NCBI GenBank assembly: GCA_965204745.1
Contig: OZ242010.1
Location: 864,001 to 928,000, forward strand
DNA length: 64,000 bases
Direction: 5' to 3'
DNA from: Candidatus Latescibacterota bacterium
Lineage (GTDB): Bacteria; Latescibacterota; UBA2968
Positions 10,909 through 20,989 of this stretch are shown piece by piece. The notes beneath the pieces are model-generated. The model was not told where the DNA came from. It saw only the letters and a program-made list of their open reading frames with translations, and searched no databases. The first letter of the stretch is position 1. The number at the start of each line of letters is the position of its first letter. The position numbers and the translations under genes are program-made.

Positions 10909-11799
10909 TTACACCCGATGCAAGTGGATGCCCTTGCTCGTTTTCAGATCCGTGATCCAGCGTTTGCACCATTCGTCAAAGCTGTCTTGTACGCAGGCGG
11001 GATTTGCTTTGCTGTGGACGATGAACTCGGGCCAAAACGGCCGTCCCGTGGGCGTGCCTGTTTTTTGAAAGCGCAAATCCATGCTCCAGCGCACGAGGTT
11101 CGAGCGATTGGGCTGTCCCCTGTGCGGGGTGTACGCGCTCATCAGCAGCACGTCGCCGCGCTTCATCGCGCAGTTGACGGGCGCGATATCCGGCATAAAC
11201 TGGGGTTTGATCATCGTGCCGCCCTCGCGCTGATGTTCGAGCAGGCCCATCGGCACCACGCGCGGCACCACTTGCAGGCAACCGCGTTCTGGCGTCACGT
11301 CCACGAGTGGAATCCAGCAGGTGATGATCTCTGAAACATCGGCCTCTTCTTTGGTCACGCCTTGATCCTGATGCCACGGCACTTGCCCGGGCTGTTTTTC
11401 GCGGGCGGGCAAATAGGGCCGAAAGTGTTGAATGGGACTCAGCGTGATCTCCGGGCCGATCAGGGACGCCACCGCGGACAACAAGTTTTCATCAAAAAAA
11501 ATATCGAACATCGGTTTCACGCGCGCGTGCATAATGTCCAACCCACCCGTAAAACCGCGCAGGGCGGCGTATCCCTCGTCGTCCAACTCTCGGGCAATCG
11601 CGGCCAGCCGATAGCGAAAGGGCGCGTCCGCATGCACAGACGAAATCGCGCCTTCTGCCAAGAGGGTTTGCGCCTTCTGATTGATCAGCACGTCATACGC
11701 ATGCTCAATCGGTTCAAAGGCATCATCGTCCAACACGCCCTCCGCAATCAAAAACCCCTGCTCGCGATAACGATCAACCTGCTCTTGCGTCAATGACAT
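10909..11799 (-). CDS. Phytanoyl-CoA dioxygenase (PhyH) family Fe(II)/2OG dioxygenase
   Basis: LTQEQVDRYREQGFL start, PWHQD, GCLQVVP, GDVLL...HRG..N...R.S.DLRF. Confidence 0.92.
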   Translation of the reverse strand: MSLTQEQVDRYREQGFLIAEGVLDDDAFEPIEHAYDVLINQKAQTLLAEGAISSVHADAPFRYRLAAIARELDDEGYAALRGFTGGLDIMHARVKPMFDIFFDENLLSAVASLIGPEITLSPIQHFRPYLPAREKQPGQVPWHQDQGVTKEEADVSEIITCWIPLVDVTPERGCLQVVPRVVPMGLLEHQREGGTMIKPQFMPDIAPVNCAMKRGDVLLMSAYTPHRGQPNRSNLVRWSMDLRFQKTGTPTGRPFWPEFIVHSKANPACVQDSFDEWCKRWITDLKTSKGIHLHRV

Positions 11800-12082
11800 G
11801 GTCTGTTCTCCTCAAAAAATGGTGGCATCGCGTTTGACAAAATATAGGAGACACCAAAAAAGCGCAAGACAAAGCCTCGCGCTGTGGTTTCATTCTGTCA
11901 ATAGCCTTTGGGTACGGGGGGCACGATCCAGAGGCACCGCGTTGAGATACATTTGGGGCCCCCTCCCGAAAATTGACACAGTTACAAGCCACGCAACTCG
12001 GTCGAGGGGTTTATCGGGAGAATAGAGCCTATCGCAGAATATTCTCTCTGATAAAAATGAGAAGCGTTCCACAGTTTCGCAC

Positions 12083-12352
12083 TCAAAGGGATGGCGACAA
12101 AGCGATCTGAGCGGCGGTTTTTCTTTCCTCGCAGAAATACATCGCCTTGAACCGTTCCAGTTGCTTGATTTTATCGATCAAGCCTCGTTCTCGCTGTGAG
12201 TTCGCCACATTGCGGACGAGGGACTTCGCATCCACTTCGGTCAATCGCAAAACCAAGTAATTCGCTATCGCAGAAAACACCGAGACGTCGAAGTCCCGCG
12301 CTTCTTGCGAGGCGAGCACCAGCGAAATCCCGTACTTCCGGCATTCCTTCGT
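12083..12352 (-). pseudogene. C-terminal fragment of a HerA/DUF87-type ATPase
   Basis: KECRKYGISLVLASQ motif follows Walker B in HerA/FtsK ATPases; Walker motifs and N-terminus missing. Confidence 0.65.
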
Positions 12353-12375
12353 CCATATCCAACTCGTACTGGCAA

Positions 12376-12452
12376 GCTGAGAAGGCCGTATTTTTCTTCG
12401 TAAAGCGTGAGACGACGTTCGAGTTGCTTCAGCGAGTTCGTGCAGTTCCATC
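12376..12452 (-). pseudogene. Frameshifted 5' copy of the TumA-like antitoxin gene
   Basis: Near-identical to 16919-17002 with indels. Confidence 0.7.
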
Positions 12453-12464
12453 GCGTTTCTCCTT

Positions 12465-13871
12465 TCAAGCATTTTCATTCTGCGTTGGCACCGTTGACAT
12501 AGCTTTGTTGTATTCAGCGATCCACTTTTCGGCTTCTTCTTTAGAGTAGGTTCCGGTAATGGCACCGCTGTTTTCTGGCAATTGAGAGCTTGGCGGCTTG
12601 CCAATATGGGGCTTCAATTCCTCTCGCAATTTTTTTTCTCTATCATCAGACAAGCCTTCGACGATGGAATCCACTATTCCCTGGCTCAATCCACCTTCGA
12701 AAATCACTCCCGATGTATCCGTTTCTTTGCCTATTGATTCCCTGATGCGATCTTCAAAAGAGGATCTGAAGTACCGTCTATCTTCACATCTGACTCCTTT
12801 TAGGTTCGCCTTCCAAAGCGTAGCCTCTTGCATTTGTGCTCTTCCAAGATTCGTTCCTTGCAGGTTCGCCTCCCAAAGATGTGCTCCTTGCAGGTTCGCC
12901 TTCCAAAGATCAACCCCTTGCAGGTTCGCCTTCCAAAGATTCGCTCCTTGCAGGTTCGCCTTCCAAAGATTCGCTCCTTGTAGGTTCGCATACCGAAGAT
13001 CCTCTCCTTGCAGGTTCGCCTCCCAAAGATTCGCTCCTTGCAGGTTCGTAGCCAAAAGTTTCGCTCCTTGCAGGTTCGCCTTCCAAAGTTTCGCTTCTTG
13101 CAGGTTCGCCTCCCAAAGATTCGCTCCTTGCAGATTCACATCCCAAAGATCAGTCCCTTGCAAGTGCGCCTTCCGAAGATCCGATCCTTGCAGATAGGCT
13201 CTGGTCAAAACAGCCTTCTCTAGACGCGCTTCCCTAAGATCAGCACCGTGTAGCCAACTTCCCTGCAAGTTGATGCGGCAACCTTTGAAAATTTCATGCT
13301 CCTGCACAAACAGCAGGGTCAATAGGCTCTGGACTTCCTCCGATGGCTTTGATTGATGCGGTTCCTGATACGCGCTTTCACCTGTGGTTTGGCGGATATG
13401 GGCGCAGAGAATGTCGAGCACGGTTTGGCACAACTCTGGGGTATCTTTCGCCAAATGGCAGAGTTCGTATGCCCCGCCCAAGCGCACAGAGTCCTTATCA
13501 TGTCCCAAGTGTTCAATGGCATTTTTCATGCGCTCCTGCCGCAACACCTGTTCGGTGTTCATCACGGCGTCGGCCTGCGCTTTTGCGGTATCCTCCATCG
13601 CCTTGGCGCGCTTGTAGGACATCAAGGCTTGTAAAGCGATCAGGACGCCACCCATGCCGATTCCGATAAATTTCAGAACCTCGGATTTTGAAGATAAACC
13701 GAGAAGTTCAAAAGTCCAGGCTTTGACATCATCCCTAACCATGACCATCACAAAAATTATTGCCAAAATTATTGCCAACGAAACAAGTAGAAAGATAAGC
13801 GTGTTCTGAAGGGAAAAGTGTTTCTTAAGCCACTGTTTCGAGGTGGATATGAAATGTCGCATCCTTGCCAT
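12465..13871 (-). CDS. Pentapeptide-repeat membrane protein
   Basis: Two N-terminal TM segments, AIEHLG....VRLGGAYEL, QTVLDILCAHIR, then (A/G)NL(W/Q)xx pentapeptide array. Confidence 0.9.
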   Translation of the reverse strand: MARMRHFISTSKQWLKKHFSLQNTLIFLLVSLAIILAIIFVMVMVRDDVKAWTFELLGLSSKSEVLKFIGIGMGGVLIALQALMSYKRAKAMEDTAKAQADAVMNTEQVLRQERMKNAIEHLGHDKDSVRLGGAYELCHLAKDTPELCQTVLDILCAHIRQTTGESAYQEPHQSKPSEEVQSLLTLLFVQEHEIFKGCRINLQGSWLHGADLREARLEKAVLTRAYLQGSDLRKAHLQGTDLWDVNLQGANLWEANLQEAKLWKANLQGAKLLATNLQGANLWEANLQGEDLRYANLQGANLWKANLQGANLWKANLQGVDLWKANLQGAHLWEANLQGTNLGRAQMQEATLWKANLKGVRCEDRRYFRSSFEDRIRESIGKETDTSGVIFEGGLSQGIVDSIVEGLSDDREKKLREELKPHIGKPPSSQLPENSGAITGTYSKEEAEKWIAEYNKAMSTVPTQNENA

Positions 13872-13926
13872 TGTTGCCTCTCTTTCTGTTTATATGATCG
13901 CACTTTGCCACTGCATCCAACATCCC

Positions 13927-15192
13927 TCAATCGGACAAATCGAGGATCGTCTCGTCTTCGATATCCAACAGCCGCCCCACCTCGAGCAACTTGTCCTGCG
14001 AAATCTCTCCGCGCCACCGCGCTTCCATAGCCAGCGACAAAACTTGCCAATTCAACTCGGTGTCCTGATGCGCCTCGGCAGGTGCTTCGCCTTCGACAGC
14101 ACCGCCACCTGATCCAGCAGGTTCAAAGCCAGTATCGGAGAACGCCTTTACGGCCCGAAGATACCGATTGGCGTCATCGGTCTGGTCGAGAAGCGTTTGG
14201 GTTTGGTCGGCACTTGCAAAATTCAAGCCGCGCAGGCGCCAGACCGCCGCTGCATAGCTCACGCCAAAATGCCTGGCCAAAAGTGCCACATCTACATAGG
14301 TCACATGCTGCGAACGCGCTGGGTTTCGCAACGCCCCTCGAATACCCTCTTCGGTAACGGCATCCACCGCGGCTTCCTCGCGGCGCGTTCCTCTGCCCTT
14401 GCCCAAGTTGTACAGAAAATCCCGCACGCCCTCTTCGGGCATGAGAAAAGCGGCGGCAAAGGCATTGGCCCGCTGTTCGGGCCGCGTCTTGGCGTTGTGC
14501 GTGCTCGTAACCGTCGCGGGTTCATCGCGGTCCATAAGCGCGTGACCGTGTTCATGGGCATAAGAAAACCGCCGCCGCACGGGTGCTTGGGTGAGATTTG
14601 CCAAAATTGCCATGCCGAAATCTGGGCTACTCAGAAAGAGCCCCGAGATTTCATCTGGCAGAGCCAAAGCCGCTGTCCATATATTTTGGTGGGCTAACAT
14701 CTCGGGAATTTCTCGCACGGGTGCTTTGCCCAACCCGAGACGACGCCGTTCCTGTTCGGCCACGAGTTGGCCCTGATCAATGGCCTGCCCCACGGAGCGC
14801 GGAGGTGGCAAATCGTAACGCGGCAGGGAGATACTGGCCTTGCGACCAATCAGCCGTCGCAAGGCCGCCCCTTCTCTGAGCAAGCGCAGGCAATGCGACG
14901 CCTGTTTTTGGACGATCTTACCTTGCAGGCCCGGCGCGGCGCGAAAGAGCCCGACAACCGGGTCTTCCCGTTTGACCGGGATATTCGGATTGACAAACCA
15001 TTCAACCGGCTGACCGTATAGATCCGCAAGACGAGTCAGTTCGAGCGTGGAGACCTGCCGTTGCCCGGATTCCATGAGGCTGATCGCGGACCGCTGTAAG
15101 CCGAGCACCGCGCTGACGGCCTCTTGTGTGATCCGCCGGCTTTCACGTGCAAAACGCAAGCGTCGTCCGATATCTTCAGGTTTAATGACCAT
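13927..15192 (-). CDS. XRE-HTH + ImmA/IrrE metallopeptidase
   Basis: N-terminal HTH (ITQEAVS..LGL.RSAISLMESG.R), RRFSYAHEHGH, EQRANAFAAAFLMP. Confidence 0.92.
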   Translation of the reverse strand: MVIKPEDIGRRLRFARESRRITQEAVSAVLGLQRSAISLMESGQRQVSTLELTRLADLYGQPVEWFVNPNIPVKREDPVVGLFRAAPGLQGKIVQKQASHCLRLLREGAALRRLIGRKASISLPRYDLPPPRSVGQAIDQGQLVAEQERRRLGLGKAPVREIPEMLAHQNIWTAALALPDEISGLFLSSPDFGMAILANLTQAPVRRRFSYAHEHGHALMDRDEPATVTSTHNAKTRPEQRANAFAAAFLMPEEGVRDFLYNLGKGRGTRREEAAVDAVTEEGIRGALRNPARSQHVTYVDVALLARHFGVSYAAAVWRLRGLNFASADQTQTLLDQTDDANRYLRAVKAFSDTGFEPAGSGGGAVEGEAPAEAHQDTELNWQVLSLAMEARWRGEISQDKLLEVGRLLDIEDETILDLSD

Positions 15193-15419
15193 GGCGCATC
15201 TCCGAGAAGTTAGGCATATATCGCCTGTCTATCACAGCAACCGCACAGGCGATTTTCTAAAAATTTACATAATCCCACATCTATTGTCAATATTTATTTT
15301 TTATGTTTCGATTATCGCACTTTCAGAACAGGTATTCTACACCTGCTTTGGATAATCTATCGGGAAATTGGGCAGAGTTGAGCACCACGTAAGAGGGCGA
15401 GTTCAATCATTGCCAGAGG

Positions 15420-16181
15420 TCAAACGGTTGCCCCATCGATTCTCACCACCTTGAACGCGGTACCGACGCCGCCCGAACCCAGACGCGAGACGATCCGGTA
15501 ATCTCGACCGCTAAAGTTCACGACTTGATCTTCGGTCCAGAATCGGGCCTGTGGTGCGACGACTTCCGGCAGTTCGCCCAACAGGGCCGACAACGCGTCG
15601 CGGAGTTTTTCCAGATTGACATAGCCCGCCAAGCGTCTCAGATCCCCATCAACCGATACCCTAGCCTTCGGGTACAGGGCATTCCCCAGCATTTTGACCT
15701 GCGATGGCGATAGGGATGCAGGCTCATTCACTGCCAAAGCATCTCGCCAGGTTTTTAAGGTGTGGAATCGAACGCCGCGAATTTCTCGGCCTTCGAGCGG
15801 TTTGACCTTTGAGGCGTCCTGCGTGACCAAGAACACCCCATCCACCCTATCGAGATCCGCAATTTTCCGGCGCAGTGTGGTACCTACCTTGCGCGCCTTG
15901 TTCGTTACGCGGTCAGCTTCGCGTTCCACGAGTTCGGCGTTGCGCTTCACCCAAGCCGCGGTCCAGTGCTTGACCTCAATGACCCGGATCCCGGGGGGAC
16001 CGATGGCGACAAGGTCGATTTCATCTGATTGGCGTCGATGGGTAGAGAAAAACATGAGGTTCGCCAACAGCAACCACTCGTCTGCTCCCGGAATGGAAAT
16101 CAGGCCAGCCTTAAGTCGATCAATGGCCTTCTGTTCGCTGTCGTTGGCGATAGGCCCGCAGTTAATGAGGGTTACTTTCAT
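15420..16181 (-). pseudogene. NERD nuclease domain fused to a truncated Ser/Thr kinase start
   Basis: SEQ.A..L, EIDLVAI...VIEVKHW (NERD); ends right after YRIVSRLGSGGVGTAFKV (kinase Gly loop). Confidence 0.75.
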
Positions 16182-16317
16182 ATCTACCTCTCTCGCTGAA
16201 GCAGTCCATCCCTTGGCTGAATCGCGGATTGTCGCGGATTTGGGGATTGCCCCGAACGCGAGCAACGGCGCGTATCGCTTCATCTCTTATCAGCCAGTTC
16301 AAAGGGCATGTCAAAAC

Positions 16318-16731
16318 TTAATGGAGAGATTCAATTTCCTCAATGATTGCGATCAGATTGGGGTGGGCAAACTGAAGATTGGAAGCGGGAATGCGATTGT
16401 GTCTGATGTCGGGCGGAACGTGCTTGTGATGAGGAAAGGTCGAGGCAAGTGTGGGGTCTTCGGGATGAGGAAAGTCATCGTACCAATACAGGCGTTCTGT
16501 TCCTCGATAAACTTCGTATCCATAAGACGTAATCAAACCATCTGCAAAATCCAACTCTTCCCGTATTCGCAAACGGGTTCCGTTTGTAAAAGTCGCCTCA
16601 CCTTCAGCCATTCCGGTAAAGGGACTGGTTGACCAAACGCGAATAGTTGACCGAAGAACAGAAGGGCGATTCAGGGTTTCAGCGACAAAGTAACTGTAAT
16701 CGGCAAGGGATTTGAGGGGATTTTCAACCAT
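16318..16731 (-). CDS. DUF6516 / TumE-like toxin
   Basis: SYGYE...[10 protein letters not shown]......TFPHHKH motif; 1 nt downstream of putative antitoxin. Confidence 0.75.
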   Translation of the reverse strand: MVENPLKSLADYSYFVAETLNRPSVLRSTIRVWSTSPFTGMAEGEATFTNGTRLRIREELDFADGLITSYGYEVYRGTERLYWYDDFPHPEDPTLASTFPHHKHVPPDIRHNRIPASNLQFAHPNLIAIIEEIESLH

Positions 16732-16732
16732 A

Positions 16733-17002
16733 TCAATAAACGGGTTGCACGCGCAATGCGTCTGCTGGATCGCGTTGGTGGATTTGCGCGCTGTACGCCG
16801 TCTTGCGGCGTTGCCAAGTTTCGTAAATGCCTTTCCACCGGCTGAAGTCCGTTCGGGTTTCGTCAAAGTCGTCGTAATGCGACAGCCTTCCCGCCATCAA
16901 GAGGTCGTAAAAGTCTTGGCTGAGAAGGCCGTATTTTTCTTCGTAAAGCGTGAGACGGCGTTCGAGTTGCTTCATTTCCAGGACGAGTTCGTGCAGTTCC
17001 AT
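16733..17002 (-). CDS. TumA-like antitoxin
   Basis: AAAGGAG RBS; [13 protein letters not shown]...DF..W motif typical of DUF6516 partners. Confidence 0.7.
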   Translation of the reverse strand: MELHELVLEMKQLERRLTLYEEKYGLLSQDFYDLLMAGRLSHYDDFDETRTDFSRWKGIYETWQRRKTAYSAQIHQRDPADALRVQPVY

Positions 17003-17104
17003 CGCGTTTCTCCTTTCAAGCATTTTCCTTCTGCGTTGGCACCGTTGACATAGCTTTGACATACACATGACACTAACAAAAATATTCCAAATGTCAACAC
17101 AACC

Positions 17105-17236
17105 TTGTAGTTGCGCTTTAGCGAGAAAGGCTCCTTGCAGTTGTGCAAGATAAAAATTAGCCCCATGCAGACGCACCTTTTCAAAATTGGCCCCTTGCAA
17201 ACAGGCTTCAGGAAGAACAGTCTCTTGCAAGTGCGC
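17105..17236 (-). pseudogene. Remnant of a second pentapeptide-repeat gene
   Basis: ACLQGANFEKVRLHGANFYLAQLQGAFLAKAQLQG; its 3' end (17016-17058) matches the 3' end of 12465-13871. Confidence 0.65.
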
Positions 17237-17370
17237 CTTCCTCGTTTGGGGATGACTGACCCAAATCGCCTATCAGACTGGACAAACCGTCTATCAAGCC
17301 AAACAGGGCTTATGGGAGGACGCAACAACTCAAACCACCTTCGATACGAATGACACTTGCGTAAGTCCTA
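17237..17370 (+). mobile_element. IS701-family right-end remnant
   Basis: Similar to 41815-41957 including terminal GCGTAAGTCCTA. Confidence 0.85.
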
Positions 17371-17536
17371 CAAAAAATGCGCTTGCATGAGGGGGTGCAG
17401 TTGCGTAACTTGATCAGACATAGACCGGTGCTTTCCGAGAAGGAGTGAGGGTTTTGGCGAGCAACTTTAATCTCACTCATTTTTGCCTTTGCACAGGTTT
17501 TTTTATTTTTTGTCGCGTAGCATGAGGAACCTTAAA

Positions 17537-18559
17537 ATGAGATCCTATTCCCGCATCGCATTGGTGATCATCGCTGCATGGATAGCTCTGGGTGCATCGG
17601 ACGATAAAAAAATGAAATACCATCCCGGTCATTACGTGGCGATTCAAGCCTCGGAAAAGGTGGAAGAGATTCGGCATCTCGATGAGCGTGCCGTGCGCGG
17701 GGTGATCAAGCGATATACATGGAGGCGGTTGGAGCCCGAGCAGGGCAAGTATAACTTCGCGGCGATTGCGCGAGATCTCGACTTTCTCGCGGCACGCGAC
17801 AAGCAACTCATCGCGTTTGTCATCGACAAATCCTTCGGCCCATACCCGGTCTTGCCGGCGTATCTGGCGCGTTACAAATTGCAAGGCGAAGGCGACGGTG
17901 TTTGCGCCATGCGCTGGGACCCATTTGTAATTGACCGCTTGACCGCATTGGGCCGCGCACTCGGCGAGGCGTTTGACGCGCATTCCCATTTTGAAGGCGT
18001 TGCGGTGCAAGAATCCGCGCTCGGTATTCCGATAGATGTCGCCAGAGAAAACGGGTACACGCCCGAAAAATACAAAACCGCGCTGATCGATATTTTGATC
18101 GGCCTGAAGGGAAATATGCCGCACAGTCAGGTGTTTTGGTACATGAACTTCCTGCCCGAAAAACAGGAGGGCTTGCGCGAGATCGCCCAAGCCATTGTCC
18201 CGCATCAAATCGCCATGGGCGGCCCGGACATCTTGCCCCATCGCAAATACATGGCGCGGGTCTCCTATCCCCTGTACAAAGCGTTCAAGGACGAACTCCC
18301 CCTGTTTTGCTCGGCGCAAAATGACTCGTACAAGCACCACAAAAACGACGCGAACAACCAGACCAAAAACCAAGTTGAAGTCCACATAGAGGGGTATCTT
18401 TCAATGGAAGACATTTTCCTCTTTGCCCGCGACAGCCTGTACGTGGATTACGTGTTCTGGCAACACAAGTACGAAAAAACCGATCCGAAAGAGCGCGATT
18501 TCGATGATGCTATCGAAGTGATCCGCAACTATCCGACATTTGAAAAAACGCATGACTAG
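17537..18559 (+). CDS. Secreted hypothetical protein, probable glycoside-hydrolase-like TIM barrel
   Basis: Signal peptide; KYHPGHY, YTWRRLEPEQGKYNF, AVQESA, MGGPDILP; candidate promoter TTGCAT-N17-TAACTT upstream. Confidence 0.6.
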   Translation: MRSYSRIALVIIAAWIALGASDDKKMKYHPGHYVAIQASEKVEEIRHLDERAVRGVIKRYTWRRLEPEQGKYNFAAIARDLDFLAARDKQLIAFVIDKSFGPYPVLPAYLARYKLQGEGDGVCAMRWDPFVIDRLTALGRALGEAFDAHSHFEGVAVQESALGIPIDVARENGYTPEKYKTALIDILIGLKGNMPHSQVFWYMNFLPEKQEGLREIAQAIVPHQIAMGGPDILPHRKYMARVSYPLYKAFKDELPLFCSAQNDSYKHHKNDANNQTKNQVEVHIEGYLSMEDIFLFARDSLYVDYVFWQHKYEKTDPKERDFDDAIEVIRNYPTFEKTHD

Positions 18560-19055
18560 GTCGTGTTAACATTTTATTTTTTTTCCTGACATTAGGCACA
18601 GATTAGTAAATGTGTTGCTTGCTCATTTAATGCGTTTGGTCATACAGCCTCGTTGGTTGCTTTCGATGCCTTCGGCGACTTACTTTTTTTCAACAGCAAA
18701 AAAAAGTAAGCAAAAAATGCCGCTCTCAAACGCCGAGAGGCTTGCACAGCGCAAATCGCTTTTGTAGCAGTACGACATGAGACAGCCTGCAAAGTGGGTT
18801 GCAAGATGGATGTGGGTTGCCAATGGACTTGCGCGCTGTGCGTGATGGCTTGATCGGAGGGGTTTTGCGAGGGCACTTGTTGGGATGCCTTCTTTGAACT
18901 GCGGAACGTCAGTGAATACGATGCAACAAAAGGCGAGAAAGTTGAAGGAGCGATTGTCCGAGTTTCTCAAACCGAGAGCATATTCTGCGATAGGGCTTGA
19001 TTTTCTCGACAAACCACTCAAGCTAGTTGCATGGCTCGTGAATGTCAACACAACC
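18559..19055 (-). mobile_element. MITE family A, copy 2 (complete, inverted orientation)
   Basis: TA|GGTCGTGTTAACATT ... AATGTCAACACAACC|TA; both arms match 45152-45724; interior differs. Confidence 0.85.
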
Positions 19056-19180
19056 TAGACGAACCTCACCCGGCCCGCCTACCAAGTGGTCAGTCCCCGC
19101 CTCGCCACCCCAAAACCGCTAAGGTCTTCGATTCATCGATGAACTGTTGCCCCGTAAATGCGCTACAAAGGAGAACCTTC

Positions 19181-20515
19181 ATGGCTGTTAATTTGAACGA
19201 CGTTCGGAAACACGACTTGAATCACGTCTGGCATCCGCTGATGCAACACGCGGGCAGGCGCGAAGACGACCTGCTGGTGATCGTGTCCGCAGATGGATGC
19301 GAGGTCACGGATGCGGCGGGCAAGACCTATCTCGATGCGTATGGCGGGATATGGAACGTCAATGTCGGATATGGACGCGATGAGATCGTCGAAGCCGTTT
19401 ACGAACAAATGAAAACCCTCGCGTTTTACCCCATCACGCAGATCAACGCGCCCGCGGCCCAACTCGCCGCGCGCTTGGCCGAACTGTTGCCGGGGGACCT
19501 CGACTATTTCTTTTTTGTCAACAGCGGTTCAGAGGCGAATGAAACCGCGATCAAAGTGGCCCGCCAATACGGCCGCGCCATGTATCCGGGTGAAAACCGC
19601 TTTAAGATCATCAGCCGGTATCAGGGCTATCACGGCTTCACGATGGGCGCGATGTCCGCAACCGGACAGGTGAGACGGCGCGCGCCTTTTGAACCCTTGG
19701 CACCGGGATTCATCCACATGGAATTGCCCACGCCCACAGCACATGGCGCAGACGCCATTGCCCGCGTGATCGAACGCGAAGGCCCGGACACGGTCGCGGC
19801 TGTCCTATCTGAACCCGTTGTCGGTGGGGGCGGCGTGCATGTCCCGCCGGATGATTATTTTCCCGCGTTGCGCGACGTGTGCGACCGGTACGGGTGTTTG
19901 CTGATTTTTGACGAGGTGATCACCGGCTTTGGACGCACCGGCAAATTGTTTGCCGCCGAACACTGGGATGTCGTGCCGGACGTGATGACCATTGCCAAAG
20001 GCGTGTCGAGCGGGTACCTGCCCTTGGGCGCGTGCGCGGTTACGGAAAAGGTCTGGTCCGCATTTCTCGGGGAGCCGGATGAGGGCAAGGAATTTTCGCA
20101 GGTGTCCACGTACGGCGGGCATCCCGCCTGTTGCGCGGCCGCGCTGGCCAATCTCGAAATTTTGACCCGCGAACGCCTGTGGGAAAACGCAGAGGCCGTG
20201 GGCGCGCACTTATTAAACCGACTCAAAGCCCTGTCTTCGCCGCTCGTCAAAGACGTCAGAGGCATCGGCTTGATGCTCGCGGTGGAACTTCAAAACGAGG
20301 ATGGATCCGAACTCGATAGCGAGAGAACCAAAAAATTCGGCAACGCGCTTCGATCCGCCGGCGTGATCACCGGCAAAATGAGCCACGTCATGGCCGGGTC
20401 AGAGCCGGTATTCACCCTGTCGCCCCCGCTCATTTTAACCCATGAGCAGGCCGACCGAATTGCCAGTGCGTTTGTCACTGCGCTGCGATCCATAAGCCAA
20501 AGGAAACCGCGATGA
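19181..20515 (+). CDS. Class III (omega-amino acid) aminotransferase
   Basis: SGSEANE, YHG, FDEVITGFGRTG, PDVMTIAKG PLP motif; AAGGAG RBS. Confidence 0.93.
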   Translation: MAVNLNDVRKHDLNHVWHPLMQHAGRREDDLLVIVSADGCEVTDAAGKTYLDAYGGIWNVNVGYGRDEIVEAVYEQMKTLAFYPITQINAPAAQLAARLAELLPGDLDYFFFVNSGSEANETAIKVARQYGRAMYPGENRFKIISRYQGYHGFTMGAMSATGQVRRRAPFEPLAPGFIHMELPTPTAHGADAIARVIEREGPDTVAAVLSEPVVGGGGVHVPPDDYFPALRDVCDRYGCLLIFDEVITGFGRTGKLFAAEHWDVVPDVMTIAKGVSSGYLPLGACAVTEKVWSAFLGEPDEGKEFSQVSTYGGHPACCAAALANLEILTRERLWENAEAVGAHLLNRLKALSSPLVKDVRGIGLMLAVELQNEDGSELDSERTKKFGNALRSAGVITGKMSHVMAGSEPVFTLSPPLILTHEQADRIASAFVTALRSISQRKPR

Positions 20516-20976
20516 TCAATGCCACCCTTTGCTACGTCAGAAACGGCGACAAAACCCTGATGCTGCACCGCGTCAAAAAGGAAAACGACATCCACGAAGG
20601 CAAATGGAATGGCTTGGGCGGCAAAATGGAACCGGGGGAAACGCCCGAGGAATGCGTGATTCGGGAAGTGCGCGAGGAAAGCGGCCTGCACATTCAAGAC
20701 CCCGCGTTGCGCGGCGTGCTGATGTTTCCAGAATTTGACGGCAACGACGACTGGCTGGCCTTTGTCTTTACCGCGCACACATTCACGGGCGAACTCATCA
20801 ACTCGACCGAAGGCGTCCTGAAATGGATCGACAATGCGGATCTCTTGGGCCTCAATCTTTGGGAAGGCGACAAAATTTTTCTTCAATGGCTGGAGCGCGA
20901 TGCGTTTTTCTCGGGCAAATTCACGTACAAAAACAAACGCCTGATCGATCACCAAGTCGCGTTTCACACGTTTTAG
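20512..20976 (+). CDS. mutT: Nudix hydrolase, MutT/MutX-like 8-oxo-dGTPase
   Basis: GGKMEPGETPEECVIREVREESGL Nudix box; KWNGLGG and LWEGDK motifs. Confidence 0.85.
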   Translation: MINATLCYVRNGDKTLMLHRVKKENDIHEGKWNGLGGKMEPGETPEECVIREVREESGLHIQDPALRGVLMFPEFDGNDDWLAFVFTAHTFTGELINSTEGVLKWIDNADLLGLNLWEGDKIFLQWLERDAFFSGKFTYKNKRLIDHQVAFHTF

Positions 20977-20989
20977 GGCAGGGCGCGTT

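Noticed and set aside
11845-11965. Hairpin plus U-run upstream of the PhyH gene as a riboswitch
   Set aside because: No recognisable aptamer; overlaps a plausible promoter (TTGCGC-N17-TATTTT on minus) and lies beside degenerate mobile-element ends
12850-13200. 30-bp periodic repeat
   Set aside because: It is the coding pattern of the pentapeptide protein, not a non-coding array
12376-17058. Direct repeat as a DGR template/variable pair (also 36360/36431)
   Set aside because: No reverse transcriptase; differences are indels and not adenine-specific
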